A DNA stretch of 64,000 nucleotides. Origin: Polymyxa betae A26-41. Its lineage: Eukaryota > Protista > Endomyxa: Phytomyxea. Both the position numbers and the translations under genes were made by a program. Below the pieces are notes generated by a model. That model did no database searches and was not told the origin of the DNA. It saw nothing but the letters and a program-made list of their open reading frames with translations. This document shows, in pieces, positions 49,441-60,642 of this stretch. The stretch is taken from assembly GCA_003693705.1 (NCBI GenBank), contig RBZT01000751.1, forward strand, positions 124,001 to 188,000. Direction: 5' to 3'. The stretch's first letter is position 1. Every line of letters begins with the position of its first letter.

Positions 49441-52087
49441 TTAACTACTTAGATTCAGTTGGGTCGAACGCTTGCGAACGGAGCCGGCGATTCCACCGTC
49501 TACAATTAGTTGCTGGCCGACCTCACCAATAGGCTCAATGGCGAACGACGCTAATTGGCGTCCATCTTCCAACAGCATCAACGTCCACGATGGGAAGTCG
49601 ACATCGATATCAAACGAACTTGAATAGCTCTGCTGTCTCAGAAAGCTAATGAGCTCGGGAGATTGCAAGATTAGGAACCCGTTATTGAAGGAATTGCGTT
49701 GATATGTCTCGTTGATGCTGGCCGCAATCACGGCTTGAACACCGGCGTATTTCAGGCAGGTCGCTGCTTGCTCTCGGGACGAACCGCAACCAAAGTTGTG
49801 GCCGGCGACGAGGATGACACCAGTGGGGATCGACATTCGTGTCGGATAATTCTCCAAGGCGACAGCTGCCATATCTTGAGGTGTCAAGTCCTCACGATAT
49901 GTGTACTTGCCGGGGTAGATCGCATCCGTATTGATATCATCGCTGTCAAGAAATAGTAATGGGCCACGTAATGAGCGGGCGAACCCATCAACAACCGGTG
50001 GTGGCGAGCGTGGTAACCTCGAACGACTCATTTCAGAACGAGTTCGAATCGGATTCGCCTGGAAGTTGGAATAAGCGCTGACGATTTTTCCAGCTACGGC
50101 CGATGCTGCAACAATAGCTGGACTAGCTAGATAACATTCGGCAGAACGAGACCCCATTCTTCCTTTGAAATTGCGATTTGTTGCACCTAAATGGGATAAC
50201 GTCTTAGAGGCAGCTCATGCTCTAAGGTGATTATGGTACTTATTCCGACTTCGCCGTCTTTGAGTAGTCCCACACCGAGACCGATACAAGGGCCACAGCC
50301 GGCAGGAAGGAATATGGCACCGCTTTCTTCCAAAATCTGATTGCAAATCAGTCACCGTCAAAGAAGATGTTTGACAGTAACCTGCCAAGAACCGTCCGCC
50401 TGTGCTCGTTGACGAACTTCGCTGCTGGCCGGTGAAACATAGAATTCGACTCCGCTGGCGACCTTCTTGCCTCTGATGATCTCGGCGGCTTCACGCAGGT
50501 CCTTATTACGCGCGTTGACGCACGACACCAGATACGCCTTCTGGATCGCGATGTTCTACACCAGGATGTCTCAGACATCACACAAGACAAAACGATAAGC
50601 TGAATGGGACAAAACCGGGTCCCGCCACTCTAAAGATGGAGATGATGAAAACATGGGGACGTAACGTAAAGGAATCCCATTAGAGGCGCGGCCCCCTCAT
50701 AGCCGCTTTATAGCGATCACAAACGGTTCTGACCTTCTTCTCTAGCTCGGCTATAGGAATACCGGCGCTGACAACGTTAGGACCACTGACCAAGGGGGAT
50801 ACTGAGTCGAGGTCGATCTCCTATGAAGACAAATCAGCAGCCGCTGTGCCTGGTAAATGATTAGAGAAACCAAGGTCTGCGCGTATTCGGCGTTGCTATC
50901 GGCGTTGATCGCCTTTGGTTCGATTTGGGCACGAAAGTCGTCATTAAGTCGAGGATGATGATATTCGGTTCCGGCGATGGAATCTGAAGCGACACCGGCT
51001 GGACCTCGTTGCTGAAGATAACGGGCTCGTGCTTCGATCCATCCAAGTAAGGCATCGTCAATTGGAAACAGACCACCCAGGCATCCCCATTCGGTCGTCA
51101 TATTGGCGATTGTCAGACGATCTTCTATGGACAGGCCTGCAGGCGAGATTAGTTGGATCAGCGACGCTGTTCCAGAGGACAAAAATGGGATTGATTTGCT
51201 AAACGAAAACGATCCTTTCAGCTTCAGGCTTATCAATACATGACTGGATCAATTTTTGACAAAACGCTAGCAAAAAATACATGAAATCTGTTTGAGCATC
51301 AAAGTCAATAATAGATACTGTACTCGAGATGGAGTCAGCGCCAGCGAATTCAACGATGTGGTTGAGAACCTGATTATTGCGGAAGGCTGAGCACAGGGTC
51401 AGGATCAGATCCTTCCCTGTGGTACCAGCCTGAAGCTTTCCAGAAAGCTGAACTCGAGTGACGGGAGGGATCTGCACATTCCCATTTCATAACGAATCAG
51501 GAACCGAAAGACATTGAGAGGACCTTCCACCAGGTTGTAGACGTCGCCCAGATTACGGCCGCATCGGTTCGTGTTAATGGTGTCCCCAAACATCCAATCC
51601 CACCATACATATTCTAACAGGAATATTCAGCGCATTTCGATGAGGTTGGAACGTCCTGGTACGCTATGTGAATCAGGCGCCACGATCAACTTGCCGGGTA
51701 GGGCGTAAGCTTCCTCGATCATAATTTGATGAGCGATGCCTCGACCAGGTGGGAAGCAATCGATGCCATGCTGTTCAGCAAACGAACGAATCGCTGCATA
51801 TTTCCCGGTGTAGTTCGCTTTGTTCTGGATATCATGATCGATGGCGAACACCGGCTGCCTTGGGTTGCTGATACGGCTGTGGCTTGATAGTGAATTAAAT
51901 TTTGGTATGATGGCCTTTGAAACTCTTCATATTCAGCGATTGATACAGAGACGTGGCATACGGCTGTATTATCATGGCTCATGATGTGTTCCGGGCGGAT
52001 CCTGACGAAGTCGCCGGGATGTAACCGCTTAGCGTTGCATGGCCCCGGTACCACATAGCGGGATATGATCTTTTCAACCTGGTTCAT
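49441..52087 (-). CDS. LYS4: Homoaconitase (alpha-aminoadipate lysine pathway), fused large+small domains
   Basis: [28 protein letters not shown]|NMYGG, TWW|[58 protein letters not shown]. Confidence 0.93.
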
Positions 52088-52423
52088 AGGGATTAATAGT
52101 TACCGATCGCCTCTCAAATCGGATCGTCTCGCTATAACAATGCGACGCTGAGAATAACACATGACTGTAGTAACATGAGAGTGGCGGATAACCGGGAACC
52201 GTCTACGACAATGACGCGGATGACTGATTTGACTACATCTAGATACGCGCAACAACAGCTATTCAAGAAGCCTACCGATGAGACAAGGGTAGAATTTTCA
52301 GATTAGAAGCGGTAGATGGTTCAAGTTGTTCAAGAGCTAGTACTATACTCAAAAGTGTGTTATGCAAGGGTCCTCCCAAACAGCCAGCAGAAGGCTTAGA
52401 AATCGTACTATCAGCGACAATAG

Positions 52424-53956
52424 CTACCGTATAATGCCATCTGTATTGATCCACTGGACGACCCATCCTGGAAAAGCGTCTTTAAGCAATCCGATCCGCT
52501 GCCTGAGATCATCGGCATCGTGCCTTAACATCACATGCTGGAAGCGTTTCAAATGATCAGCTTGTAAACAGCCCTTCGTAGCTCCTCCCTCTACCACAAT
52601 CAGATCGTGCTCTATCAGCTTCTCGAAAGCCTTAAGCAACAGATGACTCTTAGTGATAAAACTGTCATATAACTCAAGCCTTACCTTCATTAGGTAAGCG
52701 TCACTAAATTCGGGTATGACAATGTCACAAGTTCTTCGTTTTGCTTCCCGCCATAGGGTACAAATCATCTCGAATGTACATTGTCGGAATCCTTTACGAT
52801 CCAGATGCAACATACCAAATAGAAGCATGACATCAACCGGCTCCAATTCTGCATCCAATCATTAACAGCATTGAAAGAACCAATCAACAAACTTTGCAAA
52901 ATGACAGCGAGAGGGTCAATGAAGAAATTTCGAGCACATTTCAAAAACGTCGTCGGGTTTGGAAGCGCATCAAGCTGCTCAACATAAACTGAGAGCAGCA
53001 CGAAAAAGCCATTCATAGGAAGTGCCCATTCTAACTGCATATTTAAGAACGTTTGAACATCAGTGTCTTCAAACAGGTTCCTGGTCGCTGTGTTATAATT
53101 TTCAATGAAGCTACGATCAAGGTTATAATAGGAGCCTGGGATTGACATCGAAAACCGCATCGCTAGCAGAAGCTCGTCAAGCGAAAGAAATCGCGGCTGA
53201 ACCACAATTCTGTTATTGCTAAACCTTGACTGAACCCGAGTTTCAAGCAAACTGATAACATCGCTGTGTTCCGTGACGCCAATGATCGCAATCTGTTTCG
53301 GATCAGAAAACGCAAATAAGACTGACAGCAACAACTGACTTGATTTGCAGAATTATGAGCTAAGTCGAGAAGGTGGTAAAGCAAACCATGTTTGGGCTTA
53401 CTAGCGAACATCTCAAATTCTTGTAAAACCATGATAATCGGTTGATTGATAAGCGATCCTTCCCGTAAGGCACGAAGAACAAACTCCATGTTCGCCTGGA
53501 ATGATCCTGGCGTTTTTGGATCCAGATCGCACTCGAAATCGATTTTCAGTTGACGAGCCATGGCTTTTAAAGCCAGGAGATCGGAATCGTGAATGATTCC
53601 AGATAAATGCACAAGGGCGTAAGACGGCGACTGCTCATTACGCTTTTCATCTAATCTGTTCAAGGCATGGAGCAAAGCGATCCGAGCCTACAGCATTTGT
53701 CAAAAATACTTCTGTCGCCCATCCAAACCAAGACCTGATGCAGTGGCCCTATCAATAAAGCCGACCTCGACAGGCCCAAGAACAGAGTCCTATCAAGGAG
53801 GGCATACAGTGCATCAGCGGTATCGCTCAGTTTATAAGCATTAACAGCCCAGGTCGTCTGGACAGCGCCCATTTGACGCCGGTCCCAGGTCTCGAGTAGG
53901 CATGGTTGTAGAGATGCTCTGATAATAGGAATGGCCTCGCCCATAGTCGACATCAT
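52424..53956 (-). CDS. ORC4: Origin recognition complex subunit 4 (degenerate Walker motifs)
   Basis: SALLIGP, VHLSG....D..AL..MARQL, GSFQANMEF, LLYHLLD, LE.RV.SRFS, winged-helix-like C-terminus; start approximate. Confidence 0.85.
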
Positions 53957-54226
53957 GGGGGAGACCCCAACACCCCAAAACCCCAGAACAGTGATATATG
54001 CGTAACCCGATCCCTTGTCCTAGAAGCTGTCCCAATAGTTTCATAGCTTCGGTCATCAAGTCTTGGTGACCAGGAGCGCCCTGAGCACCACCATAAGACG
54101 CTCCCCCCCAACCAGAAACATGTGACTCTCGACCGAGTTTGAGCAGCATGTGGCCAACAGAAGCCAGAACCCTTTTCGGAGGAAGTCGTCGTCTAGATGG
54201 GGTCATAATCATAATTTCTGCTCAAG

Positions 54227-55381
54227 ATGGCGTTGATTATTGTATTCGTCTTCAGCGTTTTGATATCGGGAGCGTTTCCGCAGCCTCCCTTGGCTTTATC
54301 TCCAGCACATAACCACAGGCAAGATGATTCTGTGTTCCACGATCGATTCCGTCGCGGCTTCATTACAGACGATGCTGTCGAAGATGAGAAAGTGGATCGA
54401 ACTCAGTTACGTCGTGAGGAGGACCATTTCGCCAATGCCCAAACAGACAGCACCAAGTTCAAGACCGGCCATGGACATCTCGGCGATGGCGGTTTGTTCT
54501 CATCGGGGTCGGGACATCAGCTTGATAGCCAAAAGATAGCCATGGATAGGCGCAAGTTCGAGAACGATCATCTAGGCGTTCGACGTAACGCAGCCAGCCT
54601 GCAAACGGGCCAGATGGAAAGCGGCTCTCGATCTGGGCGTTCTGCCTACCGAGCCGCACTCGGTGGACCCTTCAAACACGGCGAGATCGCATACGATGAA
54701 GCGGAATTCAACCGCATCGACAACGAGCGTGCAGGTCGCAGCACCGATTACGCAAAGGACGCCGATCGCACCTTGAACCAGTACGATCGCGGCTTTGCTG
54801 AGCGTTCAGCGGAAGCCGGGGCGCTGATCGCTCAGGATGGTGCGCTGGGTGGTGGCAGCGACGGGTATGAGCTCGGCCAGGCGAAGACCGAACAAGAGGC
54901 GGGAACCATATTGTCTCAGACGTTGCTCGAGCGAGGTGGCGCTGTGAATGACATCAGCAAGGCCCATAATGCGGTTGGACGAGTACGGGCGAAACGAGCC
55001 GGGTCAGCGTTTGGCCCGGATGGCGCTTTGGGTGCTGAGGTGGTCGCTAAGCAAGACTCGTGGGATCGCGGCAACCTGGACCATCGCGATCAAACCCAGT
55101 TCCTGCATCGTAACCACGATGTTTTCAAGGACGTCAGGAAACAGAAATCGTTGGCCGCCGTCGATCTGAAAGCCTACGTTGGCGAAGGCATTCCTGGAGA
55201 TCTCTGCAACCTGGATCGGGATGCACGAGCCGCTGAAAATCAGGAACGAATCATCGAACGTGATGCGGGTGATCGGTTGATTTCCAATTCCGAATCGGAG
55301 ACCCTGCAAACGTTTGACATTGGCGGGAGAACAGTAATCAGCGATGCAGGCATGGCAATTGGTATTCCGGTGGTTAACTAA
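54227..55381 (+). CDS. Secreted periodic Gly/Asp/Arg-rich protein, 384 aa, intronless; paralog of 7218-8428
   Basis: Signal peptide MALIIVFVFSVLISGAFP; Gly/Pro turns every 55-61 aa. Confidence 0.85.
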   Translation: MALIIVFVFSVLISGAFPQPPLALSPAHNHRQDDSVFHDRFRRGFITDDAVEDEKVDRTQLRREEDHFANAQTDSTKFKTGHGHLGDGGLFSSGSGHQLDSQKIAMDRRKFENDHLGVRRNAASLQTGQMESGSRSGRSAYRAALGGPFKHGEIAYDEAEFNRIDNERAGRSTDYAKDADRTLNQYDRGFAERSAEAGALIAQDGALGGGSDGYELGQAKTEQEAGTILSQTLLERGGAVNDISKAHNAVGRVRAKRAGSAFGPDGALGAEVVAKQDSWDRGNLDHRDQTQFLHRNHDVFKDVRKQKSLAAVDLKAYVGEGIPGDLCNLDRDARAAENQERIIERDAGDRLISNSESETLQTFDIGGRTVISDAGMAIGIPVVN

Positions 55382-55714
55382 TTGCAATCATGATCTTGCT
55401 GCTACCTGTATTTTGATCATTATTATACTCATTTGTATCATTATCAGCAATAATTCATTCAGAATATTTAAACCAAAATTCTTGCGACAATTGAATTTGA
55501 GCCGTTTGATTAATTTGCCAATGTCACAGTCGTTGACGTTTCAGTGAATTCGCCTTGTCTAGTCATCATCAGAAATCGGAGTATTGGTATCACCTCTCAG
55601 AGAAGCCACGTCACAGGTTCCGATTGGGGCCATTTCTGGCTACCTAGGGTTTAGGGGTTCGCGAGCAGCCCCTGAAATGACTCAGGTCTGGATTATTCTC
55701 TAATTCTGGTCCGA

Positions 55715-57167
55715 ATGATCGGCAGCCATGTCTCCAGGCTCGAGCTGGTGAATCCGCCTAGATCGCCGCTGTCCGAAACCATCCAGATCGCGATCGGCGT
55801 GGTCACATGCATTCTGCTGAACGATGCCATGAGCATGGCCCTAGCCGCTGCTGGCATCTTGCTGCCCGGATCGGTCGCAGGTCTAGTCGTCTTGCTAATC
55901 GCCTTACTTGTGACGCCAAACGACCGCCTCGCCGACCTTCTCAAGGTTATACACTTTTTTTCATGCTGGTATGAAGATGTGACTTGTTGTATTGCTAGCC
56001 AGCGGCCGATTTTCTGCTAATCTGGCTGCCACTTTTGTTCGTCCCAGCCCTTGTTGATTTTCCATTGGTCGTGGCTGAAATCCCTGCCTGGGACTTTCCG
56101 AAAATCGCTGTAATTATAGTGGTCGGAATCCTCTGCACAACGACCATTGGCGGCTGGTCTTTAGTCGCCATGGGCTATCTGCATTTCAAGATTACTGGAA
56201 GAAGACAAGTTAGATATTTGCTGTAATCGTAGGTTTGTTTCGCTAATATCGTCTATAGGTATTGGTATTCCCAGAACAGGAACATGTGCCAAGGCCGAAA
56301 CATGCCCTCCTGGGAAGGAGAACTTTGATTGTCGTCGTGGCAGCTTCAAGTTTTCTGACCATTTTGTATTCTTGTCTCCCTAGAAGCCGACCTGCACTAT
56401 TATTCATCATTATGTTATTGATGATGCCAGCGACTTATGCAATTGGGCAATATCTTCAAAGAACGTACCCGAGAGGGTACTTTCCGAATCCCATTCTAAT
56501 GTCTGGCGCTTTGTCCATTTTAATGGCATACATTTTATCGGCATGCAGCAGCACGCCTTTCTTAGACCTGCTGACGCAGATTCATTCTGGAGGTTCGATG
56601 AATATAATCACTGGATATTCGCCATCTGTTGGTGCCGGTGATGTTTATCTGTACTTGTTGAACGCCAGCGTTGTATCTATGGCGCTTCCTGTGTACAGCC
56701 AGAAATATGCCTTGTTAATTCATGGAGTTGATATGCTGCTTGCTTCCGTTTTGGTGGCTACCAGCTCGATTCTATTAACGATCTGCTTATGCAATATGCT
56801 CTTCGTCTCCCAATCGACCGCCAGAAGCATGGCCTTGCGAACAGTAACTGCTCCGATTGCTATGGCTTCAATCACGTATATTCAAGGGCTTTCTGGGGTT
56901 GCTGGTGCCGTCTCTGTGATCACCGGCGTTGCTGGTGGTATTTTCTGGAGGAAGCTTGTTGATTTGAGATTTAACAAGTTTACGAGTGCACTGACGAGAG
57001 GGTTTTCGATTGGCTCTTCGTGTCATGGTATGGGAACTGCTATTCTGTCCTTGGACGAGCCTGAATCGACCCCATTTTCAACGGTCGCCTTCATTGCAGT
57101 TGGTGTGGCGTCTTCTAGCTTGATCTCTATTCCTGGTTTCCGGAATGTAATTAACATGATCATCTAG
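55715..57167 (+). CDS. LrgA-LrgB fusion membrane protein (PLGG1-like)
   Basis: LrgA: LPGSVAGL, WLPLLFVPALV; LrgB: V.MALPVY, SMALRTVTAPIA, VITG, RGFSIGSSCHGMGTA; 2 introns. Confidence 0.88.
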
Positions 57168-57765
57168 GTGTACAATTGTGGATTGTCTCAAAATATATCT
57201 AATTGTATAGATCTGTTCTCAAATCAATTTATGTAAAGAACGCGAATACATTTGTTTAAGCTACTTTTCTCCTAGTGCACCAGACTGGATATTCAAAGTC
57301 CTCAAACAAGCTGGCGGCATGCAAAACTGATCTTGGTATACATGGAAGCCTGACACAATTTGCAATTCGCCAGTATTGATGGCGCCCTTATTTTCAGATT
57401 TATGAATATCACTCTTACGAGTTCCTCAGCGCGTATTGGTCGCCCCTGTTCGGTGCCGTCTCTCTCATAAGAGGTTACTGAGGCGTCTCTCTACTGGACA
57501 GTCAGGTTTGCCGAAGTGCCGAACCGAGGTCTCATGTCAAAATGAGATCGATATAACTCCTATTAGACACTTGACACAGCAGCTATGTTTCACTGTTAGA
57601 AATCGCCAGCTACACTCTGTCCTGGCTGGTCTCTAGAAGATGACGATCAAACATGAATTCGAGTTCCTTTGAGTGCATCACTGTCACATCATTGGCGGCT
57701 GTTGACACGACCCAGTGGCCGTCTTCTGCTGTATCTAGAAGCTATTTGCTGGATTCGTTCAGCTG

Positions 57766-58398
57766 AATGAGTGATGGCTTCACGTCTCTGCTTAATAAAG
57801 CCTGGATCATCCTGCCTGGACGAGTCGCTGGTCTGATCGTTCTCGTTATAATTTTATTTGTGTCTCCAACGGAGAGTATCCTGAACTTTCTCAAAGTATG
57901 AAGCTACACATTGCTAAAATTGAACAATCTGTGTTTTAAATGCTGTTAAGCCAGGTTCCTAATGCTATTGAAATGACTTTCATAGTTATAGGTGATAGAA
58001 GGCGACAAATCATCACGAACCGACACATTCGTCTCATTATCAAGAGTTATTACTACCAAGCAAGGTAGTTGCATTGATGATGTTAACAGTGTTGCTATTA
58101 GTCGTGCTATATGGGATTCTACCTGGCAATGATGTCATTTTCTTCATAATCAATATTGTTGCATTGCCTGCTTTCGTCATTATCGGTAGCGCCATCTGGG
58201 TCACACTTTTTAACCTCAATCGTTTTACGAAACCTATTACGCGAGGACTTGCGACGGGATCGATGGCGTGGATCGATGGCGCAAGAGCTGGGAACGGCTC
58301 CGTTTTCAACGCTTTCCATCGTCACCGTTCAGCGTTATGTCGTCACTTTGGATTGCAATCCAGAAATCAGGAGCCTAATCGCATCAATGATCGATTGA
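57766..58398 (+). pseudogene. Decayed, internally deleted tandem copy of the LrgAB gene
   Basis: IILPGRVAGLIVL..FLK|gt, LYGILP, NRFTKPITRGLATGSMA, LGTAPFST..PEIRSLIASMI align with the upstream gene; 13-nt duplication frameshift at 58257-58281. Confidence 0.8.
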
Positions 58399-58420
58399 TT
58401 GACACTGTTATTAGAGAACA

Positions 58421-58906
58421 TTAAGCGACACGTGTGAACTGCTTTGATACAGGGTCCTTCTTCCAGGTCCACGTACTCACATTAGGTGTCTCAGCGAACA
58501 CTTTCGTAAACGATCCAATACGAGTAATTGTGCCAGACGAGCTGCAATAGATCGATAACTGATCTTTGTAGAGCGTAGCAGAACTAAATCATCCAGTTAG
58601 AAAAGCGGACAGATTCAAGGACAAGAACAGAGCACCCTCCAGTAATGCTGATTATATCAGCAACTTCTAATGCATCAATTTGGCGATCCCATAGGGTCAG
58701 CTGAATCGAACCAGATCCGTCGGCCACTAAACATTGGCAAACACGACGTCCATCGGATGTCTCGGCAGTTTCACGCTTCTCCAAGATAATCACTTCTAAG
58801 CGAGGATTAAGGAACCGCCCATTCCAGCTGCCAGATGCGAACCCAGGCGAAGATTCTTCGAGAATGGTGTCGCGCTAGTCACTGCTTGAGCCGGTGATGA
58901 GGACAT
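58421..58906 (-). CDS. NABP: SOSS complex subunit B / hSSB1-like OB-fold ssDNA-binding protein
   Basis: KNLRL|EVIILE..T.DG..V..CLVAD.SGSI.LTLWD..IG.F..VF.E.PN.S; 2 introns. Confidence 0.88.
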
Positions 58907-59010
58907 TCGCTTCTCACTCTATTCGCATTTCTTCTCAAGACCGTTTGCAAACAAGCAAAGACGAATGGAAACTCCAAGCCCGCTCTCTGGAAAATTGCGG
59001 CAAAAATCTG

Positions 59011-59082
59011 CTGCCTGCTGATATCGAAACCCTACTGCCTGCTGGTATTGAAACCCTACTGCCCGCTGGTATCGAAACCCTA
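59011..59082. repeat. 3 x 24-bp tandem repeat, each unit ending in AAACCCTA
   Basis: ctgccygctgrtatygaaacccta x3. Confidence 0.92.
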
Positions 59083-59101
59083 CTTCTAAATGAATGGTTC
59101 T

Positions 59102-60457
59102 TTATAAAGCACTAGAAATATGTTCCTGGCTCAGCTTTTCTGTATCGATTTGTAGACCATCTAAATCTTTCTCAATGAGAGGCTCATCGGGACGGCTCAG
59201 CTTTTCTGTATCGATCTGTAGACCATCTAGATCTTTCTCAATGTGCGGCTCATCGGAACCCACTTTCTGCTCTGTCTGGTGATTGTGATCATCGAATTCC
59301 TTGTCGGTCTGGTCACCAGGAGGAAGTATCGGCGCCGGAGGCATCATATCAGCTTCAGTGCCGAATTCGTCTTCCTCGAAATGCTCAGCCCCATAGTTAT
59401 CACTCGTTACTGGATCAAAATATGCTTCGTCATCGACAGGGACAAATTCGCTTCCAAATCCGGCTCGCAACCGTCCTGATGACGAATCCACATGCAATCT
59501 CGAAATGGTAAGTGCCGCCAACTCATTCTGCCTGGATTCCAATAGCAGCTCGGGTCGATCCCGGACGAAGTTGACCAAAACCTCATAATCCAGATCGATG
59601 GTGACTTCGTCAGCAAACTGGGGATCATAAACTTTAAATTGCCATTGACGACCAACAGATTTCTTGTGATCGCCACCCACTTCTAATACAGAAACAATGA
59701 CGTAGGTCCCATCAATATTACGCCCTTCTCGTAATACGATCTTGACTAAAGGTGCTGCACCAGCAACCGTTGTCGCTTTCTGTTTACGTCGTCTAGCGTT
59801 GATGTCAGATCACGTTCAAAAACGGCTGTTTAACCCCTACCTGGACGGCCGCTTTTTCCGACGTTTTTCAGTTAGGTTCGGGGTGCTGGCGTATCGCGAA
59901 TTATGAAGCGATGGGAGAACTGTTGGTGACGATGAAGACAGCGGCGCCGATTGCGGTTTCCGATCGAGATGTAGAGGCCGTTTCTTTGACTTGTCTGCCT
60001 CGTCTAGAAGTATGCATGGATATTCGCAGAGATTCTTTAGGTATATCTGTTGGTTATGCCAATGCTGCTCCCAGACGCGGTGGTCGTAATTTGGCCCGGA
60101 AGCCTGGATCCGTTTCAGAATTTGCTGGTTTTCCTCGGTGATTTTCTTCAACCGTCGCCGCCGCGCCTCGGCGTTCAAACTTTTAAAATGGACAAAGCTA
60201 TTTTGCGTCTGAGGATACGTTGGCCGTCCCATGATTTCAGCCATCTTCTCGAGTAGGATGCGATTCTCCTTTTCGATCTGGGAATAGCGCTCTAGCATCA
60301 GCTGCTCGCGCTTCTTCTTAGTTTGTAAATGTGAGTAAACTTTGGGCTGCTTGTTGTCAATAGAAGGTTTCATGGATTTCAGACGGGAATGATGTAGATC
60401 TTGCGAAAGCTTGATCCAGTGATCCATGTTCTTCCCTATGGGCAACGCCCGATGCAT
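59102..60457 (-). CDS. CFAP97D/KIAA1430-domain ciliary protein with acidic C-terminal extension
   Basis: H..RL..MKPSIDN..P, ER..IEKENRILLEKM, SLN...RRR....ITEENQ.ILKRI; a short intron near 59.8 kb joins the two ORFs in frame. Confidence 0.82.
59128..59256. repeat. Two tandem 66-bp coding repeats (DEPxIEKDLDGLQIDTEKLS)
   Basis: Units start at 59128 and 59194. Confidence 0.9.
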
Positions 60458-60642
60458 TTTTCCCGAGCTGTATTGCAATAGGGGCACACTGATGCTGGAT
60501 GAAACTTTGCAAAAGAGGGCGACAACTACTAAGAATATAGGGTATATCAATCTGATTTCAGCATTAATGAACCATAGGTACCATCGACCAATATCGATCA
60601 TATCCGTTTCTTTTGTCGCGGTGAATGAAACAATGCTGTGGT

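Noticed and set aside
50681-50690. Lysine riboswitch-like TAGAGGCGCG in a LYS4 intron
   Set aside because: Antisense to the gene and the remaining L-box elements are not visible
53841-54212. ORF as N-terminal extension of ORC4 or separate gene
   Set aside because: Its ATG is only 14 nt from the divergent ATG at 54227, leaving no promoter space; no recognisable similarity
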